The notes below the pieces were generated by a model, which was not told where the DNA came from, did not search any database, and saw nothing but the letters and a program-made list of their open reading frames with translations. 64,000 nucleotides of DNA, from NCBI RefSeq assembly GCF_009914755.1, contig NC_060933.1; one strand, given 5' to 3'. The position numbers and the translations under genes were made by a program. Origin of the DNA: the human T2T-CHM13v2.0 reference genome, Homo sapiens. Shown piece by piece: positions 1-12,934 of the stretch; the first letter of the stretch is position 1; each line of letters opens with the position of its first letter.

Positions 1-1286
1 TCAGATGTTGGAAACTGGAGTAAAGGTTACTCTTGCTATGCAAAGAGACTGGTGGCATTTTTCCTCTGCCCTAGAGATCTGTGGAAGTTTGAACTTGAGA
101 GAGATGATTTAGGGTATCTGGTGGAAGAAATTTCTAAGCAGCAAAGCATTCAAGAGGAAGCAGAGCATAAAAGTTTGGAAAATTTGCAGTCTGATTATTC
201 TATAGAAAAGAAAAACCCATTTTCTGGGAAGAAATTCAAGCCTGCTACAGAAATTTGCCTAAGTAATGAGAAGCCAAATATTAATCACCAAGATAATGAG
301 GAAAATGTCTCCAAGGCATGTCAGAGATCTTCATGGCAGCCCCTCCTATCATAGTACTGGAGGGCTAGGAGGGAAAAACGGTTTCATGGTCTGGGCCCAG
401 GGTCCCCCTGCTCTATGCAGCCTTGGGACATGGTGCCTAGGGTCCCAGCTGCTTCACCTCCAGCTGTGGCTAAAAGAAGCCAGTGTACAGCTCAGGCTGT
501 TGCTTCAGATGGTGCAAGCTCCAAGCCTTTGTGGCTTCCATCTGGTGTTGGTCCTGCAGGTGCATAGAAGACAATAATTGAGATTTGGGAACCTCCACCT
601 GGATTTCAGAGGATGTGTGGAAATGCCTGGATGTCCAGGCAGAATTTTACTACAGAGGCAGAGGCCTCATGAAGAACCTCTGCTAGGGCAGTGTGAAAAG
701 GAAATTTGGGGTTGGAACCCCCACACACAGTACCCACTAGGGCACTGCCTCGTGGAGCAATGAGAAGAGGGCTACAGTTCACCAGGCCCCAGAATGGTAT
801 ATCCAGCAACAGTTTGCACCTGGAAAAGCTTCAGACACCCAACGCCAGCCTGTGAAAGCATCTGGGAGAGGAGCTTTACCCTGCAAAGCTATAGGGGCGG
901 AGCTGCCCAAGGCCATGGGAGCCCACCTCTTGCATCAGCGTGACATGCATGTGAGACATGGGGTCAAAGGAGATCATTTTGGAACTTTAAGGTTTAATGA
1001 CTGCCTATTGGATTTTGGACTTCCATGGGGCCTATAGCCCCTTCGTTTTGGCCCATTTCTCACATTTAGAATGGGTGTGTTTACCCAATGCCTGTACCAC
1101 CATTTTGTCTAGGAAGCAACTAACTTGCTTTTGATTTTACAGGCTCATAGGTGGAAGGGACTTACCTCAGATGAGACTTTGGACTTGGACTCTTGAGTTA
1201 ATGCTAGACTTTGAAGGACTGTTGGAAAGGTATTATTGTGTTTTGAAATGTGAGGACATGAGATTTGGCAGGGGCCAGGGGCAGAA
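1..1286 (+). mobile_element. THE1 (MaLR) internal region, truncated by the window start
   Basis: Typical THE1-int text (ccctagagatctgtggaagtttgaacttgagagagatgatttagggtatctggtggaagaaatttctaagcagcaaagc; track ORF 52-354 'CPRDLWKFELERDDLGYLVEEISKQQSIQE'). Ends in the purine tract ggggccaggggcagaa just before an LTR. Confidence 0.92.
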
Positions 1287-1667
1287 TGATATGGTATGGC
1301 TGTGTCCCCACCCAAATCTGATCTTAAATTGTAGTTCCCATAATTCCCATGTGTCGTGGGAGAGATGTGGTGGGAGGTGATTTAGTCACATTGGTGGTTA
1401 CCCTCATGCTGTTCTTGTGATAGTGAGTGAGTTCTCATGAGGTCTGATGGGTTTTTAAGGGGCTTTCCCCACTTTTGCTTGGCACTACTCCTTGCTGCCA
1501 CCATGTGAAGAAAGACGTATTTGCGTCCCCTTCTGCTACGATAGTAAGTTTCTTGAGGCTTCCCCAGCTATGTTGAGCTGTGACTCAATTAAACTTCTTT
1601 CCTTTATAAATTACCCAGTCTTGGGTATATCTTTTAATAAAGCAGCATGAGAACAGAATGATATCCA
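1287..1667 (+). mobile_element. THE1 LTR (THE1C-like), 3' LTR of the element above
   Basis: Starts tgatatggtatggctgtgtccccacccaaatct and ends cagcatgagaacagaatgatatcca. Middle section resembles THE1C from recall. Confidence 0.9.
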
Positions 1668-1744
1668 CACTATAAGATATATGAAACATTTTCTTATAAT
1701 AGCTCACTGGCTGCTCTGTCTGTAGGTTTTTGTGCATATAATAA

Positions 1745-2135
1745 AATCCAATATACAGTAGCTTAATCAAGTGGACTTTTTGTTTTTGCATTAATCAAAA
1801 TCTGAAGTTAGGGAGTAGAGGGATAAGGAAGATGCTTGAGAAAGTCATTGTGTCTCAGTTTCTTCTAATCCTTTGCTCCACTGCCTTTAATATTGCATCC
1901 ATCACTATACAGGAAGAAGAGTAAAAGACAAAATGCAATGGGCCACCAGTCAAGTCTTTCTTTCTATTGTGAAGAAACATAGCTTATTCTTCACGTAGAC
2001 TTCCATTTCCATCTCATTGGTCAGAAAGAGTCACATGGCTACTCTTAGCTGCAAGGAGCTCTGGGCAGTTATGCATTTTTCCTGGCCATTTTCTCTCTGA
2101 ATAAAACTGAGGCCCTATTAATAAAGATGATGGGG
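1745..2135 (-). mobile_element. Old MLT1 (J/K/L-like) LTR fragment
   Basis: catctcattggtcagaaagagtcacatggctactcttagctgcaaggag matches the conserved antisense MLT1 motif. Boundaries approximate. Confidence 0.65.
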
Positions 2136-2769
2136 ATGAAGCAATGTGTGACATATATGATGCCAAACTTCTCTTCTTGGAATTGCCGATTATTATTCTC
2201 TATACATCTTGCTATTTGAGAGAAATTCATACCAGCCACTACTTACAGTAACAGGACATAACTTTGGATATCATCAATCACACTATTTCTTGTTGCTGGA
2301 TTCCATCATATAAAAATGGACTTACTTAGCAATGTAAGCTTGTAAGAAACCTGAGTTTAGTTTCCCCTTGATGTATGATAGCCTAGATTTATTACTACCC
2401 ACAATTGGCTCAATAGCCCCTCTCTCCCTTGCCCTAATTTCTTTCTTTTCTGTCTCACCATATCTACATTATCATTCAAGCACAAATAAAAATTCTATTA
2501 TATTTAAAATATATTAGTTGTATCAACGAAGGTAAAATGTGTTTTGCTAGTCATTTTATTAAATACCTCAGTTCTTTACAATGTTGGTTGGTTTGTTCAG
2601 ACACAGCCACCATGTGTATGTATGTATGTATGTGTGGTTGCTATTTGTGATTTCCCATTAGCACACACTCACCTGAATTACTTCCCTTCCATTCCTAACA
2701 TTCTAGTGATGCTTTGTCTTGAGCTATGTTTTTCTACAATGCAGTGATGGCTATTTACCACCAAACCAG

Positions 2770-2771
<2 letters not shown>

Positions 2772-2808
<37 letters not shown>
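2772..2808. repeat. (CA)n microsatellite, about 18 units
   Basis: Direct read. Confidence 0.97.
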
Positions 2809-2810
<2 letters not shown>

Positions 2811-3759
2811 TTCCCCCTGATGCTTTGTGGTTGTTCATCTAACTGCATTCTGGCATCATCTGCTTACATGAACCATTTATCTCACTCAAATGCAGAGAAC
2901 AATTTCCCCTCCAAAGCAGTTTGAATACCTTAGAAAAAAGAAAATGCAATTGAGAAAAATTGTGGCTCCCATGAGTCTGAGGGTTTAGAAACCACTCTTA
3001 TGCTTTCCATTTCTCTGAAAAATCTAAGACTTAATGTGAATAATCATTGTGGTTACATTTTATCCAGAGAGATTACATATCTGTCAAGGTACTAACTGCC
3101 CAAGTCTACTCTAGTAGAATAAAATGCAGAAGAAAAACTATTTATTTGATAAATCAAGACTTCCCATTTTTGTTGAAAATAACCAGAGAATCTATATAGA
3201 AGTGAATTTTTAAAATTTTAGTTTTCCTAATGTATGCTTCAGATATCTACTTTGTTAATATACATCTAACTTAATAATAGTTGATATCGTGTCTTAAGCT
3301 TGAGATATTCCAAAGTATTTGAACATAAATAATCTTATTTGACTCTAACTTTTATAAAGTAAGCAGAAAATATATTACCAGCTACATTTTATAGATAAAA
3401 CTGAAAGGGTTTAAATTTAGGTGTAGAGCCTGCATTTCTGATTGCCAGACCATTGGGAAAATTTTTTCTTTTACTTAATAAAAATAAGGATAACTTGTAT
3501 TATTTAAAATAAGCATAAAGCCCCATAACTAGATGTCTCATTGTTACAATTTCTCTGTACAATGGATAAATCTTTCAAATTCCAGCCTGAGGACAAACTC
3601 TTCCTTTTGCTAAGTTGGGAGATAAGGTCCCAAAGAATAAAGTTTGACAGGAGGAGGAAAATTGATTATTCTTTTCCTATATGGTGTATCATTTTGAGCA
3701 TCTTATTTAAGCAGACTTTTTCTGCTCCAAATTGTTAGCAATATTGTCCTATATTTTTC

Positions 3760-3990
3760 TAAGAATATCCGTTTATGGGGAAAATTGTTTTCTCATTTAT
3801 GTTTTTCAAATTACTTTGTATTTATTCTTGTGCACAATATGAGGTAGAGATCTAAATTTGTTCCGTGTATAAGCGATTATCTCAAACTCTTTTACTGAAG
3901 TGTCATTCTCGCTCCACTAATTTGTAGTATATTGATGTGAAATGTTTATTGTCATATGTTATTTTTGTATATGTGTGCATCTGCCTATGA
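3760..3990 (-). mobile_element. Old L1M ORF2 fragment
   Basis: atatgaggtagagatctaaattt...ctccactaatttgtagt...tatatgtgtgcatctg resembles antisense old-L1 ORF2. Confidence 0.5.
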
Positions 3991-4139
3991 GTAAGCCAGG
4001 AGAGCAATGTGGCTGTAACAACTGGCATCCCATTGATTCAGAAGTAAAACTTTTTGTGAATGGTATACTCTCTTCAATACCAGACTTGATACGTTTGGGC
4101 TGGATCATGTAGCTCTTCTTTTCAAATTATGCATTGATT

Positions 4140-4735
4140 TTCCACCTCACTTGGAGTAAAATTCAAAATCTTTAATATGACCTACACAGTCTAAATGATC
4201 TTAGCCGATACTAATTCTGACCTCATCACTTGCTTCTCTCTACTTTTGACTATCTGCTTTGTCCACATTGGCTTTCTTTCAGTTCCTCAAACATGACAGC
4301 CATGCTTCTACCACAGGGCCTTTGCACATGCACATTCTCTGCATGGGGAGCCCCCTTCATGGATATTGTGATAGCTGCTCCCTCGTTTTATGCTTCTCTC
4401 TGTTGGAAAGGCACTTCATTAGAGGCTTTTCCTGGCCACCCGATGTAAGAGAGCATCTCTCCCAACTGTCAGTCTTTAACCTTTTACTGTGCTTTATTTT
4501 TCTTCATGGCACTGTGCTTCATTTTTCTTCATGGCACTGTGCTTTATTTTTCTTCATGGCACTTAATACCCCTGGAAACATTATACATGTATTTGCTTAC
4601 TGCCTGATCTCCCTACCACACTTCCAATGTTTGTAAGCATCATTTCAGTAAGTACTCTGTCTCTGGTTCATTTTTCTATATCCCAGAAAATTAGAGCTAT
4701 GTTTATCTCATTGCAGACCTTGCATTATTCAATAC
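4140..4735 (+). mobile_element. L2 (L2a-like) 3' region
   Basis: cagggcctttgcacatgc, ttcctcaaacatg, gaggcttttcctggccacc, ctgtgctttatttttcttcatggcactta. Confidence 0.8.
4486..4563. repeat. 25-bp tandem repeat, 3.1 copies (actgtgctttatttttcttcatggc)
   Basis: Copies start at 4486, 4511 (one T>C) and 4536. Confidence 0.95.
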
Positions 4736-4739
4736 AAGC

Positions 4740-4740
<1 letters not shown>

Positions 4741-4777
<37 letters not shown>
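4741..4777. repeat. (AG)n microsatellite
   Basis: Direct read. Confidence 0.97.
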
Positions 4778-4780
<3 letters not shown>

Positions 4781-4819
4781 CCACCTACTTTGAAAGATAA
4801 TTAAGGACTTATGGAGGAC

Positions 4820-5020
4820 ACTTAGTTAAAATCATAAACTTTGGGGCCAGATACAGCAGAAATTTAAAACCTTTCTCTGAGATTTATTAAATATGTCAGG
4901 TGAGTTACTTTAAGCCTTGTCCTTATCACCTATTCTATGGGGTAATAATACGAGCCTCATGAGAATGACTGGATGATCAAATGCCCCACTTTCTGTGAAG
5001 TTAGTGCTTCATAAATACTG
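4820..5020 (+). mobile_element. MIR fragment
   Basis: aactttggggccagatac...gtgagttactttaagcct...atggggtaataatac...cctcatgaga. Confidence 0.6.
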
Positions 5021-5199
5021 GTTTGGTTTCCTTAATCAACTTTACTGTTTTATTTGTCAATTCAGAATAAAAAATAAATAAAAGCTGAAAAGACCTTTCA
5101 CCTGAGAATCAGGTGAAAGAACAGAAATGTATTTATCCTGGTTTCACTAGGACAATTTATATTTGGGGGTATTTGGTTTTCAGAAAAGGGAGACAAAGT

Positions 5200-5420
5200 T
5201 GAGCTAACATTTACTGAGAATTAATAATGTATCAACAATTTCACTTATAGTATTTTATTTGTTCTCTTTTAATTTTATGTTTTACAATTCTTCCATTTTA
5301 CAGATGAGAAAACTGACAATCAAAGGGGTTAGATATCTTGTTCCAAGTCTATCAAGTAGAAGCAGAAAAGCAGATTCCCATTTAAGATCTACTTGGCATC
5401 CACCCTCTTTCACTGTGCTG
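5200..5420 (-). mobile_element. MIR fragment
   Basis: ccattttacagatgagaaaactgac is the antisense MIR core. Confidence 0.7.
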
Positions 5421-6039
5421 AGTTTTAAAAATACAACAACAAGAAGGTGCTAATAAGACACTTAGCACCTCTGTTCTAACAGCTGGAATACACTGAACCA
5501 CACTGGGGTTATTAAAACCAGTGACAAAGATCTGGTACAACCAGTAACTGGGAGAAAAGTAAACCAGTTTTAAAAAGGTCAGAGCTCAAAAATAAAACTG
5601 CAATTCATTTCTATTTCTTTAAACCCTTGCACTTACACTATTTCATAAGAAAAATAAATTAGTGTGTTTTTTATTGTGCAAAACCAAATCCGTTTTCATT
5701 TATAAAAGTGAACTAGGGATTTGTTTTTCTCAGTTGCCCAGGCAGAAAGGCATTCTAAAGTGTAAAACAATATTTAACAGACGTTTGTGGGGATGGGCCC
5801 ACAGGGTAATGTCTACAGGTTGTTTCCTGAGATTCCTCACAGAATGGCAACAAATTAGTGAATTTGTCATAATCTGACCTTCTTTGCAGGATTCCTATTT
5901 GCTCCCACTCCTAGAATAGACCCTTCTCCTGGGAACCTATTTATTTTAACAAAATATTTTATCCCCAAGACCTAGACACATTACTCCTTTGGATCTGTTG
6001 CTACATCTACTTGGTTATGAGCTAGTCTTCCTGGCCACG

Positions 6040-6130
6040 AATCATCATGAGGATGAGGACAATCACAAAAATAATGATAATAGTGATGACTGCGATGATG
6101 ACAATAATAATAACAATAATAACAATAAAC
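6040..6130. repeat. Degenerate (GAT/AAT/AAC)n low-complexity tract
   Basis: Direct read; explains the D/N-rich and I/Y-rich track ORFs here. Confidence 0.8.
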
Positions 6131-7897
6131 AAAGAGAAACGATAAAGGAACTTTTCTGGTATACATCCTGAAATCTTAGTATCTTTGAATGACACAGAGA
6201 GCCCTGTTTGTATGGTGGATTTTGAGCCTTTTCCCAATAATAGCAATGTGAAAATCCTGTGCTATATTTTTTAGCAAAGTTTCACTTTACTATCTCTTGT
6301 ATTTTGTTTTTCCCTTAGGAAAAAAAGAAAATGAAGGGGCACCTTTTATTCGTGTATTATCTTAACACAATTTCCCTATTATGTTATGTGGAATTGAAAT
6401 ATATCTGCCCGGAGAAAATTGAAGAAAATGCAAAACTCATTATAAAGAATGTGAATATTAAAAACTGGAATAATGATCCTAACCTGGAACTGCAGAAACC
6501 ATGGATCTCATAATCATTAATTTCCTGTGTTTCGAATAGTATGCACTATTGCCTTCCTGGGGCAGAACATCATGATACATAATAACGGAGATGACCAGTG
6601 AGTCTTTCTGAAGAGTTTACATATAAACCTCTCCCTTCAGATTATGGCTGTGATCACTGTTTACAAACTCCCTACTGGCTTTAGGCTTATGTCTTTAACC
6701 AACAAACTAATTGCATTAAGTGTTATTTTGCTATTTGCCATGTTAATTTTTTGTTGCTGATTTCAAATATTTCCATCAATAGAAATTTTTTGAAAGAGTG
6801 CTTCTTTGTGTGCTATATTGCTTGTGCCTGAATTCTCTAATTATGGATAAGTTAGAAAGTTTTTCTTTAAATTTTAGTTATGCAGCCTTTAAACTTTGTA
6901 ATGCTAGGCCCCTAAATAAAAAAAATGCATTAATGCATCACACTGGTTCACAGTGGGATTAGGATTATACACTGTTTCTGTTATTAGTATGAGTCCCAAA
7001 ATTGTGTATGCCTGGGCAATATTCCTCTGATCCTTCCTAGTGTTGGATTTTCAAAATTATAATTAAAAGCTGATCTAATTGGCTTTCATTGAAGGTAATT
7101 ATAAGGGATGGCTTGATATCTGACGTCTTCAAAGTGTTGGAGGCTTTATTTTTAAGGTCACAATTTATCACATATTTAGTTTCCTTTATATGAGGATGTA
7201 AATATAAAGAATGAAGAAAAACTTGCTTCTTCTCTTAAGCTAGTTATACCAAGTCATCATTTCTCCCTGAGATATATAGACATAATTTTTTCTTATACTT
7301 TGCTATAATTCCAGAAAATGCACATGACAGTTTCACCCATTTCTTCAAAAAACACAAGCTTTTCATGAGTTTAGTAACTTTTATTCAAAATGTGGGAGCT
7401 AATGGAGATGGTTCAAATAGTGTTGGTAAGGCCTATTGTCACCTCACTGACTTACCCATTGACCCCAGGTGGCTTCATAAGCTTCACATTTTTCCCTGTT
7501 ATGGAGAGAAACACAGCTTCCCACCTCTCTTATTCCCAAACTTGAAAGTCCCAATCTATCAATGTGCCCTGCAGAACAAAGGGCCTCCCATTATCACAGC
7601 TTTACTTTTTTCAAAAGGAGTTGTAGTTACAGATCCCAATTTATTTTTCATCCTGTTACAGATGCTTACATTGAACACTGTATGATCAATCCAATCCTAT
7701 TTTGTCTATGCTTTTTCAGAGAGCTCAAACCTAAATACATTTTCTTAATCCATGTTTTTGAATATTTGTGTTATCATTGTCATTGTGCTTTACATGATTC
7801 CCAAGATTTTATTCTTATCTAGATTGCTTTATTTTTCTTTTAAATAGCTCAAATGCTTTTTAGATGTAAATGAACTATTAATAATGTCTTCTTTTTT

Positions 7898-7968
7898 TAT
7901 GTGTATATATGCACATATATATGTACTTGCACACATATATATGAATATATATATATTTATATATATAT
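7898..7968. repeat. Degenerate (TA)n tract
   Basis: Direct read. Confidence 0.8.
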
Positions 7969-8384
7969 CTTTTTTCTCCAAGAACTTTTCCTCAATCTCT
8001 CCTATTTAATTCATGCTACCTCATCATTGTGAATTCTCATCTTCCATTTCGTTCTTCACTTTAGGGGCAGCTTGTGGGAGGTGTAAATGAAGCTGCTTAA
8101 GAAGCTTAATGTGACACCTGGCGGATGTTTCAATCTCAGATTCATAAAATAATTGGGCATTAACATATATGAGATTTTCCATTTGTCATGAAGCTATCAT
8201 GGCCCAGCTATATCTCTTAGTTGAATAAAATGACTCATGGCTGAGATTGGTTTAAGAAAGTAGCCTCCCCACCAGTTGTTTTAAATGATATTAAGATTGA
8301 AAGACTGTAAGCAATAATGAGAAGTGGAAATGAGAAAACAAAGAAATAAATTTAAGAATTTTGTCTAGAAAATAGCTTTGGTAT

Positions 8385-8990
8385 TGTCAAAAACAAATCT
8401 AAAATAAGCAAAGACTTTATTCAAAAAGATTATTGCAATAGGGAGAATACGCCAGTGACAAGATCTGCAAAGATTAGGCAGAAAGGGCTTTTCATTTTAT
8501 AGGCAAGAGTAAACAAAGCTGGAAAGAACACAGTGTTGGAGAGGGGGCTAAGCAGGAAGTGTGATTGGACAGTCAATCAGGAAATTATTTTCCCTACAGT
8601 CAGCCAGCTCTCAGGAGGGGTTGGCTGTGTACGAGAGTTGTTCGGCATTTTGGCGCTTGCTTAAGCTTAGAAGCAAAATGAAGTTCTGGGGCCTGGAGGA
8701 AGGAGAGAGGCTGCTTAAAGATTGGTCAGGTCAATTTGACGGGCACTTTGCACAGATTGATCAATGGAGGCAAACAGCTCAGCCAATCATTTGTGATATG
8801 ATAATGTGAACGTGGAAGTTCTGTGTCTAGCGTCGTCTTAGGTAAACAAGGGGCCATCCTTGAGTTTCGTCTTATTCATATTAGGAAGGGTGGTTCTTTG
8901 TAGTAAGTTATTTCCAGGAACACAAAAAGATGGGAGATTTCTTAACCATCACTCTTTTTCAGTAGCACAGAGATCAGATGAAGTTCAACA
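8385..8990 (-). mobile_element. ERV1 solo LTR, MER67 group
   Basis: Reverse complement starts tgttgaacttcatctgatctctgtgctactgaaaaagagtgatggttaagaaatctcc and ends gaataaagtc...tttttgaca (TG...CA termini, AATAAA). Confidence 0.8.
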
Positions 8991-9469
8991 CTGTCAGGAA
9001 TTACTGGGACATGGCATTCTCTACAAAAAAAGGGATCACAGTTCCATTAAATCGTGGAAGAAAGTGTACTGACAAACCATAAGCTCAATCTTTGAAAAAT
9101 CTTTGACTGGCCAAGCTTTAAAATAACTCTTGATACCCCACATTTACGTGAGTGAGAGGGAGCCTGAAGAAAGCGTACAGTCTCCAAATTGTGCACTTGT
9201 CATAATTTTCACTTCAAATATGGTGCTGAAGTATAACAAACCGAAAAGAATCTCAAATATTTCTGCACCTGGGGTTATGAAGGACAATGAACAAGAGGTA
9301 TCTCCAAGAATCCTGATTGATTTAGAAAACGTCCTCACCTTCAAAGTAGGAGGCCTTCAAAGTTGCTATGGCTGGAATATTTCCTTTTAAAAAGGATTTC
9401 ATTGTGAGCATTCTGTTTCTGCTCCATTCTTGCTTAATGGTAAAACTATGGAGAGTTGCAGATAGCTTG

Positions 9470-9790
9470 TTCTTTTAGACCTTTTACTGAGCAGAAACTC
9501 AAGTTTGGAGAGATTAAGAAACCAGAGTTGGTTACACAGCTCACATGGAGACAAGATAATATTCAAAGTCCTCCATATGTGCCGTACATCATGTTTGGTT
9601 TTCAGAAATCTTTCTCATATATTGTCTTATTTAATTTCCATAGCAATTATTAATGTAGGTAGTTCTTACAGATGAAAAAGATAGAGTCACATAGAAGTGA
9701 CAAAACTCAAGGCTCAAAATATCTTGGTGGAAGAGCTGAAGCTTGAATGTATTTATTCTATCAATGCTCTTTCCACCTCTCTATAAGGCC
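9470..9790 (-). mobile_element. Two MIR fragments
   Basis: ttttactgagcagaaactcaagtttggagagattaag; cttacagatgaaaaagatagagtcacatagaagt. Confidence 0.55.
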
Positions 9791-12700
9791 TCTTCACTTT
9801 CAATAGCAGCTCCTACCACCTAAAAAATGGCATTCTATTGTTCATACATATGTGAAAATGGTAACTAACAAGCCACATTGACCAGAATTTTGAAGTTGAG
9901 CTTTGCTTTTTTCCACTGATTTAGAAAAGATAACTTTACAAAGAAACATCATTTTACTACCTTCTCAATAACAGAACACTTAGTTCAGTGTGATATTCTT
10001 TAATGGTTTTGAAAAGAGATTTAGTTAGAGATTATTAATTTCGTCCAGATGTGAAAAAGGGTGAAGATAAAGTAAATATTAAGCATAAGAAAGGAGAAAT
10101 GTGCTTTTCACTTTCACAAAACGCCTTTTGTTTGCCTTGCTCTTGACTTCTGCTGCTCACAACCGTATTTGATGGTCCACAAAACCAGAGCAGAATCAGA
10201 ACAGAAGCAAAACAGGCTGTGGAATGGGCAAGTGTGTTCTACTGACTAGCAGGGCTATAAGTCTGTCAAGGCCTCTAGCTCACCTTTGTTGCCAACAGTC
10301 TCTGAAATAAAAAGTTGCTTCCTCAAATTGCTACTTACAGTTTTATACTAAAATTCTAATGCTAATCAGAAAATAGAATTTAAATAATGTTTGTTGGAGG
10401 AGGTAATTATGCATCCTTACTTGGTACCATATAGGCATGTTTATTTGCATATGAAGATTCTGAGACAAGAGGGGCTTCTCCCACCTTCAATTCTTGGGAG
10501 CTACAAGAAAAAAAAATTTAAAGTTACTTTTCAGAGCCTTACAAATAGAGAAGGCTGATAAGTCTTTGGAGGGCTGCCGGGTGCAGTTTTAATCCTCAAA
10601 ATGTGTGTCTGTTCAGAATGCATAGTTACTACACATTCCCATTTGCATTTGCACCCACCCAGTGCTACAAAACTATTATGGCAAATCCAAAAAGCCCATT
10701 TCTTGCTGGCCAGCTCAAAATGCATGAAAATGGTGATCAAAGATATCAAAGGAGACAGTGATCCCCGGAAGTATTGTTTAAAAGTGATCCATAGAACAAC
10801 ATTTCCAGGGCAAAGAGTCCCCCATCAGAGCATATTTGTAATAATGTTGTGGCCTATTTCCACTAAGACAGAAAATGTGGCATTAAAAATGTGCCATGTC
10901 TCCCTCAACCTGTGACACATTGGAGGACAGAAAAGGGAGGATGAATATCATGCATGGGGATGATGAGGGTAGACAGACGGAGTGCTCAACAAAAAGGCAG
11001 CCCATGATCTGGAACACGAACACTATAAATTCACAAGTAAACCATTATTAAAACTTTCCAGATCCATAAATGCTGCCATTAATCACTTCCAAATTAACCT
11101 GATGTGAGTTAAATTATTGCAAGTTCCTGTGTAAATTAAATTATTATTAGTTGCAGGGTTTATTCGTGTTGGTAGAGGCTGCACTAGGAAGGAAGGGATA
11201 GTGAGACCTACCGGTTTCAATTTACAAAAGAGGGTTTGGGGAAAAATATTTTTGCTTGATTACGAGAGCAAAACCACTTCACAGTATAATATCATAATAA
11301 TTATAGCCATATATCATAACATGTCATAAGTCCAGGACAAAGCTCAGTAGCCTTTCGTAAGCAGCAGCCAACAATGCAAGAAAAGCAAGTGAATGAGGTA
11401 ATGGATTTCTTTTCCCTTATTCCACTAGAGAGCAGTGTTCTTTTGTACAAATCAGGTAGGTTGTTTGCTGCAAAGAACCTGTAGAGAAAATCTACATTAG
11501 GAGAGGTTTTATTAGCAGGAGAAAGGTCTCTTGCATAAAACTCTGCATTCTGAACAAAAGGTGAAGACAGTTTTTTCCAGCCAACTTGCTCTTATTGATG
11601 TAGGTATACCTCTGATACCTTATTTTCATATGGAAAAGTGTTGGTTATTCAAAAATATAACATGAAAACTATAGATTACATTCTATAGTAAATTTTTCAG
11701 ATGGCAATCCTCTGCCAAAACAGATCTGTCAGTAACCAACTATTAGTTATCTTTATGGGTAATACAAAAATATTAATAATTTTTTTAACAAAAACTCCTA
11801 AACAATTCAGGAGCAAAAGAAAGAGTGAAGAGAAGGAATTTATGTGTGTTGTGGAGTTTTACCAACCTCCTCCTTTTCATTTTTTAACTCATTATACTGC
11901 TAGTACCTTTATTGCTGTTGCCAAGAACAGCAACTTTGCATGATAGACATTTGTCTGCTTCTCTAAGAGAAAATATTCTGTCATAGGCAATTTGGCTACA
12001 ACTCTTTGATCTATAAGTTGACATTCCAAGAACCCCAAGGCCAAGCTAACAATAGCCGAAGGTTGTTTCCTCATTTGATGTTGTATAAATACGCTTCTAA
12101 CCCTTCAGTTTCAAGTACTTGGAAACAGGCATAGCTAAACCATGAGTTTACGTGTTATGTGTGTATGTAACTGACTGCCTCTCTAGTTCAATATGAATTA
12201 AATTACTGGGTAATTTTGGTTTCTTCTAGAAGGAAATGAATATGCTCTTAAGTATTTAGAATCACTAGAAAGCCTTTTAGTTATTCCTGGATACAAATCA
12301 ATGTCACCTGAAGTGTGGTTTCCTTGTGGATTCAGCCCCATTTTTCTCCATTTGCTTTTAGTATTATTTTTCTGATATATCACATCACTTTGCTATTTCT
12401 TTTCCCTAAACACACTGAACAATATAGTTGTAGGCAAAAATATCTTGGGAGAAAAATAAATGGGGAAAAATCTGAGGCCTGACAAATAACAATGGGAAAG
12501 GCCCTTCAGAGTATTCACTTGTTAATTTCGAGAAATCAGAGCATATGAAGTGTCAAGTTTGACACAGCAGATCCTGGGATTTATTTGAGCCTGCTCTTCT
12601 CTGCCTGTGTGCTGCACTTTCTGACACAGTACATGTTGAGAATTTAATATTCCTTGACCAAAATAAGTGTGGATTTCTTGAATTTCAAATCCAGATATCT

Positions 12701-12934
12701 TGAAGAACAGTGTTTCACATAAGATTTAGTACATAGACGGTGCTGAATAAACAGAGGTGGATATGCGAATGATTGAATTGGAGATAAAGTAATAAATCCC
12801 TCCATTTCAATCTGTTCCAATGCCTAATGCTTATGAGTCAGCTACATCAAAAGCCGTGCTTGTATCACAAAAACCCACAAATCTACTAATTAGACATCAA
12901 GAAGAGAAGAGGGGACTTAACGGAGTTTCTATAA

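Noticed and set aside
52-1380. Cluster of 60-100 aa ORFs
   Set aside because: These are overlapping frames of decayed THE1 internal sequence, not a host gene
5981-6246. D/N-rich, Y/C/H-rich and I-rich ORFs
   Set aside because: They are artefacts of a trinucleotide low-complexity tract
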